From IMG/VR virus record IMGVR_UViG_2579778660_000003: a stretch of DNA of 9,567 nt. One strand, 5' to 3'. Numbering within the stretch: position 1 is the first letter of the stretch; each line of letters opens with the position of its first letter. The notes under the pieces are model-generated. The model saw nothing but the letters and a program-made list of their open reading frames with translations. It did not search any database and was not told where the DNA came from. The position numbers and the translations under genes are program-made. Of the stretch, positions 1 through 6,712 are shown piece by piece. The stretch is from a virus (Duplodnaviria; Heunggongvirae; Uroviricota; Caudoviricetes).

Positions 1-1053
1 TTACGGGGTAATGCCAACCGCTGCCGCCACTTTGTCGCCACTTGGCAGCGTTGCCAGAGGATTGAAACGGAGCGCCGTTTCTAGATGATCCGGTGCCAGA
101 TGTGCGTAACGCATAGTCATTTTTATATCGTGGTGTCCGAGAATTTTTTGTAAGGCCAGAATGTTTCCACCCGACATCATGAAGTGCGCCGCAAACGTAT
201 GGCGCAGAACGTGTGTGAGTTGACCGCGAGGGAGCACGATAGACGTTTTTTCCATCACGGATAAAAATTGAAAATAGCAGTCTGTGAAGAAATTGAACCC
301 ATCAAGCGCCATGATCTCTTCGTAAAGCTCTTTACTGATAGGGATGCTTCTGTTTTTCTTCCCCTTCGTTCTGACAAAGGTAATTCGGTATTTGGTCACC
401 TGTGAGCGGGTAAGATTTACGGCTTCACGCCAGCGTGCGCCTGTGCTTAAGCATATCTTAACTACCAGTGCCAGAATTGGGTCCTGACGTTTGCAATCAG
501 CCAGCAATTCAACAATCTGCTCATGGGTAAGCCATGCCATCTCTTTTTCTGCGATGGTGAATTTTCGCATGTTCTCCAGTGGGTTCGGATACGACCATTC
601 GCCCAGACGGGATAGTTCGCTAAAAACACTACTTAGATAGCTTTGCTCCAGGTTAATGGTGACCGGGCTTGCTCCTTTCTTCCATTTCTCGCTGAAGTAG
701 ATCTCGCCTGTCAGGCGTTTATCTCGATAGTGGGCAAACATTTTAGAGGTGAGATCGGTTGCAAGAGGATTGCCCAGAGCGTCAACCATCAACAGCAATT
801 TGTCATAGACATGCTGCCCAGCTGTCAGAGATTTACCATGTAGTTTGAACCATAGCTCAACCACGTCTTTCAGTGTTCGACGATCCACTGATTCACCCAG
901 CCAGGGCTTTGCTTCGGTTTCTTCCATCGTGTGGCGCTCAAAAGCCAGTGCTTCGCCTTTGGTGGCGAATTGTTTACGCACACGACGCCCACTTCGTCCG
1001 GCGGGGTAACATTCGCAAAGCCATTTCCCTGTGGTTAGTTTTCGTACTGCCAT
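1..1053 (-). CDS. int: Tyrosine integrase, P2/186 family (complete, 350 aa)
   Basis: ORF on - strand with stop TAA at 3-1 and ATG at 1053-1051. The translation shows the tyrosine-recombinase signature directly: TGARWREA (box I Arg), HVLRHTFA (His-x-x-Arg) and GHHDIKMTMRYAHL (Tyr nucleophile). The N-terminus MAVRKLTTGKW...RKQFATKGEALAFE resembles P2/186 Int as I recall it (not searched). Confidence 0.9.
   Translation of the reverse strand: MAVRKLTTGKWLCECYPAGRSGRRVRKQFATKGEALAFERHTMEETEAKPWLGESVDRRTLKDVVELWFKLHGKSLTAGQHVYDKLLLMVDALGNPLATDLTSKMFAHYRDKRLTGEIYFSEKWKKGASPVTINLEQSYLSSVFSELSRLGEWSYPNPLENMRKFTIAEKEMAWLTHEQIVELLADCKRQDPILALVVKICLSTGARWREAVNLTRSQVTKYRITFVRTKGKKNRSIPISKELYEEIMALDGFNFFTDCYFQFLSVMEKTSIVLPRGQLTHVLRHTFAAHFMMSGGNILALQKILGHHDIKMTMRYAHLAPDHLETALRFNPLATLPSGDKVAAAVGITP
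19..40. repeat. Left copy of 22-bp direct repeat CGCTGCCGCCA(C)TTTGTCGCCA; putative attL core, lying inside the int 3' end
   Basis: Seen in sequence: 19-40 matches 6713-6734 at 21 of 22 positions (C at 30 versus T at 6724), with unrelated flanks. The two copies sit at the expected prophage ends (int 3' end and just after the ogr stop). Confidence 0.5.
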
Positions 1054-1077
1054 AAAAAGCCCTCATATCAGAGGGCT
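1054..1077 (-). terminator. Putative rho-independent terminator downstream of the cargo gene, abutting the int start codon
   Basis: Stem AGCCCTC (1058-1064) / GAGGGCT (1071-1077) with a 6-nt loop. On the - strand the stem is followed by a U-rich tract (plus-strand AAAAA at 1054-1058, running into the int ATG). Not energy-scored. Confidence 0.4.
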
Positions 1078-1135
1078 AAATTTAACTGTATATGTAACCA
1101 GTAATCAATGTGTGATTACTATGAAACATACATTG

Positions 1136-2812
1136 CTAAGCAACATGTAGTTCATCGTTGGCGGAAGTGGCTGCTTTGCGCTCCTGCTCAATAGCTAGAG
1201 ACTCTCTATATTCTTTCGCCTCTGCAAACATTGTCCAGTGGGCGTTGATGTTCATGTCTTCAATAACTGATTTGATTTCTTTTAAATTTACGTTAAAAAA
1301 CTCTTTTCGTGAGTTAATTTTATTGACCTGCTTTTCGTTGAAAACTTTATGCAGATGGTTTTCTAATGATGGTGCATCATCACTATAAATCATCGCATGA
1401 ACATCGAACGAAAAAGGAACACTAGCATCTCCGAGTTCACGAACACGATCAAGTGGTTCAAGGCGGCGTGTCATTCCAATTTTATATACATCTTCGCCAA
1501 ATGAACCAATATTACTAATGATATAGACGTGGCCTGATCTGGTTTGTTGAGCCATAGAAATAGCTCGTTGATTTTTAGCTTCAGCTTCTTCATATTTTAA
1601 CTGTAGTTCAGCTATTTTTTGCTCTAAAGCTAAGCGTTGTTCTTCATTTGCAAGCATAAGTTCTTTCGTTGCTTTATTTATAGCTTGCTGAATAGCTTTT
1701 TCTTCTTTTTCAGCTTCTTTTATCGCTTTTTCATATTCTCTACGAGCTCTTTCCTCTTCACGAAGCTGTTCTTTAATCCTTCTTTGCTCTTCTTTTTCTT
1801 CGAGCATAATTTCATTAACAGCTACACCCCATTTTAGCTCGTTGAGTCTTGCCTGAAGATAGATGTCACTTATTTTTGCGGACCTAAAGGCAGAGCCATT
1901 GTAATTTACTAGTTGAAATGCATCTTTTATTTCTTGGGAAAGTTTTCCAAAATTGTTGTGTTTGACTTTTGATAAAATACTGTCAACTCTTCCATTGAAG
2001 GCATCCAAAACAAAGTTTATGGCAGTATTACGCCTGTTTTGCTCAACATAATCACACGAAGCAGCTTTATTAGTTTTTATTAATGATTTGGTTAACTCTC
2101 TGGCTTTTTGTAATTCCTTGCCTGCATCTGTAAATTCATAATTTTCTGCCAGCTCATCAAGTACACTACGGTTAGGGATGATCCATTCATCACCATAACC
2201 TTCAATTTTATTTTTCATTGATTTTGCAACTGCTTCATATTTTTCTGCAAACTCTTTAGCTTCATATGCTGAACCAGCAATCTCCTTTGCTCTTTCTTCT
2301 GCATCAGAAATAATTTTTACTGCATTGTCATTAGCATTTGAGATTAGCTCATTTGCTTTATTATTAGCATTATCAAGACGTTCTTTGGCTTTCAGGCGTG
2401 CATCGCGAGCGTCTTTGGTGATTGCTATAGCTTCGCTATTAGCGTTGCTTATTGTCATCTGAGCTTGATAATTTGCTTCGTTTACTGTTTTAGCCGCCTT
2501 AATTTGGGCTTCATCTATTTTTTGCTTGGCTATTGAGTCCGCATTTTTTATCTTATTCTCTGCATCCATTACTGCGCTGTGCAATTCTTCGTATTGCCAC
2601 AATGGTGCTGCTCGCCCTTCAAGCTCTAATAATTCTCGTACGGTCTGTGCTAGTTTTTCTTGATTTTCAATCAGTTGGTTAGAAAGGGCTATGTTGTTAG
2701 CTGTCAGGTTATCTATAGCCGCTTTGTGTTTTTTACTTTGTTTAAATAATATTACAGCTAGAACAGGGGCAAGAAATGCTAATAAGAGTATAACGATGGC
2801 AAATGAATTCAT
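1136..2812 (-). CDS. Prophage cargo protein, 558 aa: N-terminal transmembrane helix, long coiled-coil segments, DUF4041-like central region, C-terminal T5orf172/GIY-YIG-like domain; candidate anti-phage effector
   Basis: ORF with ATG at 2812-2810, preceded on the - strand by AAAGGA and a 7-nt spacer (RBS). It starts 20 nt after the cI stop. Residues 4-23 are hydrophobic (FAIVILLLAFLAPVLAVILF). Residues ~40-200 and ~335-415 are Ala/Lys/Glu/Asn/Gln-rich and coiled-coil-like. Residues ~427-517 read GHVYIISN...VYKIGMTRRLEPLDRVREL...PFSFDVHAMIYSDDAPSLENHLHKVF, which has the spacing of a GIY...YIG...R...E nuclease core (T5orf172 type). The DNA is visibly AT-rich relative to the neighbouring genes. 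Confidence 0.85.
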   Translation of the reverse strand: MNSFAIVILLLAFLAPVLAVILFKQSKKHKAAIDNLTANNIALSNQLIENQEKLAQTVRELLELEGRAAPLWQYEELHSAVMDAENKIKNADSIAKQKIDEAQIKAAKTVNEANYQAQMTISNANSEAIAITKDARDARLKAKERLDNANNKANELISNANDNAVKIISDAEERAKEIAGSAYEAKEFAEKYEAVAKSMKNKIEGYGDEWIIPNRSVLDELAENYEFTDAGKELQKARELTKSLIKTNKAASCDYVEQNRRNTAINFVLDAFNGRVDSILSKVKHNNFGKLSQEIKDAFQLVNYNGSAFRSAKISDIYLQARLNELKWGVAVNEIMLEEKEEQRRIKEQLREEERARREYEKAIKEAEKEEKAIQQAINKATKELMLANEEQRLALEQKIAELQLKYEEAEAKNQRAISMAQQTRSGHVYIISNIGSFGEDVYKIGMTRRLEPLDRVRELGDASVPFSFDVHAMIYSDDAPSLENHLHKVFNEKQVNKINSRKEFFNVNLKEIKSVIEDMNINAHWTMFAEAKEYRESLAIEQERKAATSANDELHVA

Positions 2813-2832
2813 TTTAAAATCCTTTTACTATA

Positions 2833-3429
2833 TTAATTCGAGACTATTGTACTTCTTATACAAGCAACCACTTCAATATCAGAAAATGCACATTCAAAGC
2901 TATTCTCTGCTGTTGTAATTTTAATCATTCCTTTAGGAAGCCTTGTGATTTTTCGAATGGAATAGGTTCCGTCGATATTGATTAACCAGTTTCCATCAAG
3001 TACTTCAGAAAATTTTTGATCACAAATGTATGTGACGAGTCCATCCTGAACAACAATTGGTGATGAAAGGTTTGCAGGAAGAAATGATGAATCGAAGACA
3101 TATGAACCGTCTTCAATCATTTTGCCTGCGGCAAGGCGAAACTTAACAAGCTCTTCTGTAGCTGCTGTCAGCGAGCTTTGCTTAAGGCCTTGTCCGGTAG
3201 TTAACCATTTGAGGGAGGTTCCTGTTTCAAGAGCACATTGGATTATCCAGTCAGCAGGAAATGTATCCCGCAAATACCTGTTCGCTAGTGTGCTTTTTGA
3301 TACTTCCAAGTGATCAGCTAAAGCCTGTCGTGTCGTAAAGCCATAGGCTTCGACTAATCGCTCAATCGCAGCCTTACCACCTTTATTGGGATTTATTTTG
3401 ATCTCACTTGGGTACTTTGATGTTGACAT
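2833..3429 (-). CDS. cI: 186-type CI immunity repressor (198 aa)
   Basis: ORF with ATG at 3429-3427 and TAA at 2835-2833. The N-terminal region ERLVEAYGFTTRQALADHLEVSKSTLANRY...CALETGTSLKWLTTGQG matches the phage 186 CI family HTH region as I recall it. It is divergent from the apl/cII operon, as in 186. Confidence 0.85.
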   Translation of the reverse strand: MSTSKYPSEIKINPNKGGKAAIERLVEAYGFTTRQALADHLEVSKSTLANRYLRDTFPADWIIQCALETGTSLKWLTTGQGLKQSSLTAATEELVKFRLAAGKMIEDGSYVFDSSFLPANLSSPIVVQDGLVTYICDQKFSEVLDGNWLINIDGTYSIRKITRLPKGMIKITTAENSFECAFSDIEVVACIRSTIVSN

Positions 3430-3474
3430 ATCTCTTTTGCGATCCTAGTATCAGTTTTGTACCCAATTGGGTAC
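3423..3474 (+). promoter_or_regulatory. Putative rightward lytic promoter (TTGACA-17 bp-TAGTAT) followed by a 16-bp perfect palindromic operator GTACCCAATTGGGTAC
   Basis: Seen in sequence: TTGACA at 3423-3428 (overlapping the cI start codon), a 17-nt spacer, TAGTAT at 3446-3451, then the palindrome at 3459-3474. The 10-mer TTGGGTACTT recurs at 3408-3417 and 3467-3476. Assignment as pR and a CI operator is inference from position in the cI/apl switch region. Confidence 0.4.
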
Positions 3475-3524
3475 TTGTCACGATTACTACAGGCTCACCA
3501 CAAGCCAATAGGAGATGTTGCACC

Positions 3525-3746
3525 ATGACCCCTAACATTTCAATAACTCTGAATACGCCACACGTCACAATCGAGCGTTATAGCGAACTTACTGGTCTTT
3601 CAATCGACACAATCAACGATATGTTGGCGGATGGTCGCATTCCTCGTCATCGTCTTCGTAAAGACAAGAAAAGAGAAAAGGTAATGATCAACCTTGCTGC
3701 TCTTACCGTTGATGCACTTACTGATTGCAATGTTGTATTCAACTAG
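3525..3746 (+). CDS. Apl/Cox-type excisionase and transcriptional regulator (73 aa)
   Basis: ATG at 3525 with AGGAG at 3510-3514 (10-nt spacer). Small basic protein with an HTH-like segment [26 protein letters not shown]. It is the first gene of the rightward operon opposite cI, the position of apl in 186 and cox in P2. The upstream part of the track ORF (from 3408, TTG start) overlaps cI and is rejected. Confidence 0.7.
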   Translation: MTPNISITLNTPHVTIERYSELTGLSIDTINDMLADGRIPRHRLRKDKKREKVMINLAALTVDALTDCNVVFN

Positions 3747-3778
3747 TTCCATTTTGGGATACATCAGAGGTGTCGACC

Positions 3779-4288
3779 ATGTTTGATTACCAAGTTTCCA
3801 AACATCCACATTTTGATGAAGCCTGTCGTGCATTCGCACTGCGCCACAATCTGGTGCAACTGGCAGAACGTGCGGGCATGAATGTGCAGATTCTGCGGAA
3901 CAAGCTGAACCCAGCTCAACCTCATTTATTAACCGCACCAGAAATCTGGCTGCTTACCGATCTGACTGAAGATTCAACGTTGGTAGATGGTTTTCTGGCA
4001 CAGATTCATTGTCTGCCATGTGTACCGATTAATGAGGTAGCAAAAGAGAAACTGCCGCATTACGTCATGAGCGCAACTGCAGAGATCGGGCGTGTTGCAG
4101 CAGGTGCGGTATCTGGTGATGTAAAAACTAGTGCCGGTCGTCGTGATGCTATCAGCAGCATTAACTCTGTAACACGACTGATGGCGCTGGCTGCTGTTTC
4201 ATTGCAAGCCCGTTTACAGGCTAATCCTGCGATGGCGAGTGCAGTTGATACCATGACTGGCCTTGGTGCTTCATTCGGTTTGCTGTGA
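3779..4288 (+). CDS. cII: CII-type lysogeny-establishment regulator (phage 186 CII homologue, 169 aa)
   Basis: ATG at 3779 with GAGG at 3767-3770. The translation [45 protein letters not shown]...[22 protein letters not shown] closely resembles 186 CII as I recall it. It directly follows the apl-like gene. Confidence 0.8.
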   Translation: MFDYQVSKHPHFDEACRAFALRHNLVQLAERAGMNVQILRNKLNPAQPHLLTAPEIWLLTDLTEDSTLVDGFLAQIHCLPCVPINEVAKEKLPHYVMSATAEIGRVAAGAVSGDVKTSAGRRDAISSINSVTRLMALAAVSLQARLQANPAMASAVDTMTGLGASFGLL

Positions 4289-4295
4289 GGTGTTT

Positions 4296-4592
4296 ATGCT
4301 GACGAAAGAACCATCATTTGCATCGCTGCTGGTAAAACAAAGCCCGGCAATGCACTACGGTCACGGCTGGATCACGGGTGAGGATGGAAAACGCTGGCAT
4401 CCATGTCATTCACAAGATGAATTGCTGTCTGAATTGACCACGAGGAAACGGAGAAAGTCCAAATGTATGCGGCAGAAAGTGAAGTGGTTTATCAGTTTCG
4501 TTACAGAGGGGAGAGTTATTCAGTACCTGAAGATGATTTGCTCTGTTGCTATCCGTCATTGTCGGGCGATGGCAGTTACTTTTTCACGTTAA
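4296..4592 (+). CDS. Hypothetical early-operon protein (98 aa as drawn), in the position of a fil-like gene; the 3' third is doubtful
   Basis: ATG at 4296 with GAGG at 4287-4290, overlapping the cII stop. The first ~55 residues look protein-like (MLTKEPSFASLLVKQSPAMHYGHGWITGEDGKRWHPCHSQDELLSELTTRKRRK). The remainder overlaps the next, better-supported ORF out of frame and is Cys/Met/Trp-rich. Confidence 0.4.
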   Translation: MLTKEPSFASLLVKQSPAMHYGHGWITGEDGKRWHPCHSQDELLSELTTRKRRKSKCMRQKVKWFISFVTEGRVIQYLKMICSVAIRHCRAMAVTFSR

Positions 4593-4687
4593 AGGATGGG
4601 ACGTTTTTACGGGGAGAGCAGGTTAAAGAGACGATACGAAAAAATGTATCTCCTCTTGAGCGTTACCGTAAGAACAAAGAACGATAG
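4463..4687 (+). CDS. Hypothetical early-operon protein (74 aa)
   Basis: ATG at 4463 with GGAG at 4450-4453 (9-nt spacer). Balanced composition (MYAAESEVVYQFRYRGESYSVPEDDLL...). No family recognised. Confidence 0.5.
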   Translation: MYAAESEVVYQFRYRGESYSVPEDDLLCCYPSLSGDGSYFFTLKDGTFLRGEQVKETIRKNVSPLERYRKNKER

Positions 4688-4709
4688 CTGCGTTTGGGGG
4701 ATATGAAGT

Positions 4710-5051
4710 ATGGCAATTAATGGCGCTGCAGCAACTGTTCCATTAAGCCCCGGTGAACGCCTGAATGGACTTAATCACATTGCGGAGTTAAGGGCGAAAG
4801 TTTTTGGCCTGAATATTGAGTCAGAGCTTGAGCGGTTTATTAAAGATATGCGTGATCCACGGGATATCAATAATGAACAAAATAAACGGGCACTGGCTGC
4901 CATATTCTTTATGGCAAAAATTCCAGCTGAACGTCATAGCATCAGCATTAATGAGCTGACCACTGACGAAAAGCGGGAGCTGATTAAAGCAATGAATCAT
5001 TTTCGTGCAGTGGTGAGCTTATTTCCCAGACGGCTAACCATGCCGAATTAA
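4710..5051 (+). CDS. Hypothetical early-operon protein (113 aa)
   Basis: ATG at 4710, G-rich stretch upstream, same orientation and tight spacing as the neighbouring genes. No family recognised. Confidence 0.6.
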   Translation: MAINGAAATVPLSPGERLNGLNHIAELRAKVFGLNIESELERFIKDMRDPRDINNEQNKRALAAIFFMAKIPAERHSISINELTTDEKRELIKAMNHFRAVVSLFPRRLTMPN

Positions 5052-5118
5052 CCAACTAATGAAATTAATGGCGTAAACCCGCCGGGCATCCATTTATCTA
5101 AATTCAGGAGAATTGATT

Positions 5119-5352
5119 ATGCGTAATATTGAAACCCTCACGACTAAAACCGGACCGGATGACGCAGGGCTTAATATTTTACTGACAGAGGCTCGTCTGG
5201 AAGAACGCCGGGCAAGGGCTGAAGCAATGGCTGCTCGCCTTGATAGCCTGGCGTGTCATATCTCATCCCGCCAGCTAAACCACGTGGAAGCGGCAGAACT
5301 GCTGCGCGTGACTGCTGAAGCAATCCAGAACGAAGCGCAGGAGATCCACTAA
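5119..5352 (+). CDS. Hypothetical early-operon protein (77 aa)
   Basis: ATG at 5119 with AGGAG at 5106-5110 (8-nt spacer). The track ORF begins 6 nt earlier at a TTG. The stop TAA overlaps the next start (TAATG). Confidence 0.6.
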   Translation: MRNIETLTTKTGPDDAGLNILLTEARLEERRARAEAMAARLDSLACHISSRQLNHVEAAELLRVTAEAIQNEAQEIH

Positions 5353-5579
5353 TGGCTGATGCAATGGATCTCGTACAGCAGCGCGTTGAAGAAGAACGCC
5401 AGCGCCATATCCGTGCAGCCCGTGCCAAATCACCGGGCGTGTCACGCGTACTTTGCATTGAATGTGAAGCGCCAATTCCGCCAGCACGACGCCGCGCCAT
5501 TCCGGGAGTGCAGCTTTGCATTACCTGTCAGGAAATCGCAGAACTGAAAGGCAAACATTACAACGGAGGTGCTGTATGA
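5352..5579 (+). CDS. TraR/DksA-family C4 zinc-finger protein (75 aa)
   Basis: ATG at 5352 overlapping the upstream stop. Contains CIECEAPIPPARRRAIPGVQLCITCQE (CxxC-17-CxxC), typical of phage TraR/DksA-like proteins in P2-family early operons. Confidence 0.75.
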   Translation: MADAMDLVQQRVEEERQRHIRAARAKSPGVSRVLCIECEAPIPPARRRAIPGVQLCITCQEIAELKGKHYNGGAV

Positions 5580-6403
5580 GCACCATCCTGAAATGGGCGG
5601 GAAATAAAACCGCCATTATGCCAGAACTGAAAAAATACCTTCCTGCTGGCCCGCGACTGGTTGAACCTTTCGCGGGTTCCTGTGCTGTGATGATGGAAAC
5701 GGATTATCCCAGCTATCTGGTTGCGGATATTAATTCTGATTTAATCAACCTCTATAAAAAGGTTGCCGCTGATTGTGAATCGTTTATATCTCGCGCCAGA
5801 GTTTTATTTGAGATCGCAAACAGGGAGGTGGCTTATTACAACATAAGGCAGGAGTTTAACTGCTCAACTGAAATTACTGATTTCATGAAAGCGGTATATT
5901 TCCTGTATCTCAATCGTCACGGTTACCGTGGTTTATGTCGCTATAACAAGAGCGGGCATTTCAACATTCCCTACGGTAATTATAAAAATCCGTATTTCCC
6001 TGAAAAAGAACTTCGCACATTTGCAGAAAAAGCCCAACGAGCAACGTTTATCTGCGCCAGCTTTGATGAAACGCTGGCGATGTTGAAGGCGGGAGATGTG
6101 GTGTATTGCGATCCGCCATATGACGGTACGTTTTCCGGCTATGCCAACCGGGGCAACGCTGAACGGGCAGCGAAAATGCAGTGGGAACGTCTGCAACGCG
6201 GCGTTGCGTCATTCTCGCTACAACTGGCGGAAGGGCGGGCAGATCTCTACACGGAAATGCCTGTGAAGGTCAGTGGTTTTAAACAGCCGATAGATGATGC
6301 GGAATGGACCATTACGACTCTGACACATACCGTCAGCCCGGATAACGGTTTTACGACCAGTCTGGAGCTTGAAGTGAGGATTGATGATTTCGAAATGGAA
6401 TGA
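5576..6403 (+). CDS. D12-class N6-adenine DNA methyltransferase (Dam-like, 275 aa); the C-terminal ~90 aa are atypical and may be a deletion fusion
   Basis: ATG at 5576 with GGAGG at 5565-5569, overlapping the upstream stop (ATGA). The N-terminus ILKWAGNK...[11 protein letters not shown] and the catalytic DPPY (about residue 177-180) are the Dam family signature. After DPPY the sequence (…[34 protein letters not shown]) does not resemble the Dam C-terminus I remember. Confidence 0.75.
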   Translation: MSTILKWAGNKTAIMPELKKYLPAGPRLVEPFAGSCAVMMETDYPSYLVADINSDLINLYKKVAADCESFISRARVLFEIANREVAYYNIRQEFNCSTEITDFMKAVYFLYLNRHGYRGLCRYNKSGHFNIPYGNYKNPYFPEKELRTFAEKAQRATFICASFDETLAMLKAGDVVYCDPPYDGTFSGYANRGNAERAAKMQWERLQRGVASFSLQLAEGRADLYTEMPVKVSGFKQPIDDAEWTITTLTHTVSPDNGFTTSLELEVRIDDFEME

Positions 6404-6429
6404 TTCTTCGCAATGGAGAACTTTTAAGT

Positions 6430-6456
6430 TTGCAAAATGGAATAATGCGGTATCAT
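6430..6456 (+). promoter_or_regulatory. Possible sigma70-type promoter for ogr
   Basis: TTGCAA at 6430-6435 and TATCAT at 6451-6456, but the spacer is only 15 nt (alternative -10 CATTAT at 6454-6459 with an 18-nt spacer). Weak, position-based. Confidence 0.25.
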
Positions 6457-6493
6457 TATTGTGAATTTAGCAAAAATGGGGAGAACTCGAAAA

Positions 6494-6712
6494 ATGATGA
6501 TTTGCCCACTGTGTGGAAGTGCCGCCCATACTCGCAGCAGTTTTCAGGTATCTTCATTGACCAAAGAGCGTTACAACCAGTGCCAGAATATTAACTGCAG
6601 CCATACTTTTGTAACCCATGAAACTTTTGTTCGTTCGATTGCAACGCCAAAAGAGTCAAATCCGGTTCAGCCGCATCCAATGAAATCAGGACAGGTGGCG
6701 CTCTCTCTTTGA
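6494..6712 (+). CDS. ogr: Ogr/Delta-family zinc-finger late-gene transcription activator (72 aa)
   Basis: ATG at 6494 with GGGGAG at 6478-6483. The translation MMICPLCGSAAHTRSSFQVSSLTKERYNQCQNINCSHTFVTHETFVRSIATPKE...PHPMKSGQ matches P2 Ogr (CPLC...HQCQNVNCS...) as I recall it. Stop TGA at 6710-6712, immediately before the right repeat. Confidence 0.85.
   Translation: MMICPLCGSAAHTRSSFQVSSLTKERYNQCQNINCSHTFVTHETFVRSIATPKESNPVQPHPMKSGQVALSL

Noticed and set aside
643-1055. Plus-strand ORFs 643-843 and 873-1055 inside the integrase gene
   Set aside because: They are antisense to a well-supported int CDS, have no RBS, and no recognisable domain. Treated as frame noise.
1158-1837. Plus-strand ORFs 1158-1388 and 1637-1837 inside the cargo gene
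   Set aside because: They are antisense to the 558-aa CDS. The second is Phe/Ser-rich only because it reads the complement of Lys/Glu codon runs.
2691-3313. Plus-strand ORFs 2691-2918 and 3122-3313
   Set aside because: They overlap the cargo-gene start, the cI stop and the cI body on the opposite strand. No start signals.
3408-3524. N-terminal extension of the apl-like ORF from the TTG at 3408
   Set aside because: It would overlap the cI start and the promoter/operator region. An internal ATG at 3525 with an AGGAG RBS gives a protein of the expected size.
3600-4254. Minus-strand ORFs 3600-3938 and 4060-4254
   Set aside because: They are antisense to the apl-like and cII genes, whose products are recognisable. 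The second is Ala-rich, mirroring cII codons.
5171-5547. ORFs 5171-5521 (-), 5275-5487 (-) and 5359-5547 (+) over the small early genes and the TraR-like gene
   Set aside because: Arg/Ala/Gly/Ser-rich translations typical of alternative frames in GC-rich coding DNA. The sense-strand genes have coupled starts and RBSs.
5516-5575. Upstream extension of the Dam-like ORF (track start 5516)
   Set aside because: It overlaps the end of the TraR-like gene. The ATG at 5576 with GGAGG 6 nt upstream starts at the conserved Dam N-terminus.
5933-6594. ORFs 5933-6196 (-) and 6400-6594 (+)
   Set aside because: The first is antisense within the Dam-like gene. The second is an alternative frame across the ogr start region, and Ogr itself is recognisable in another frame.
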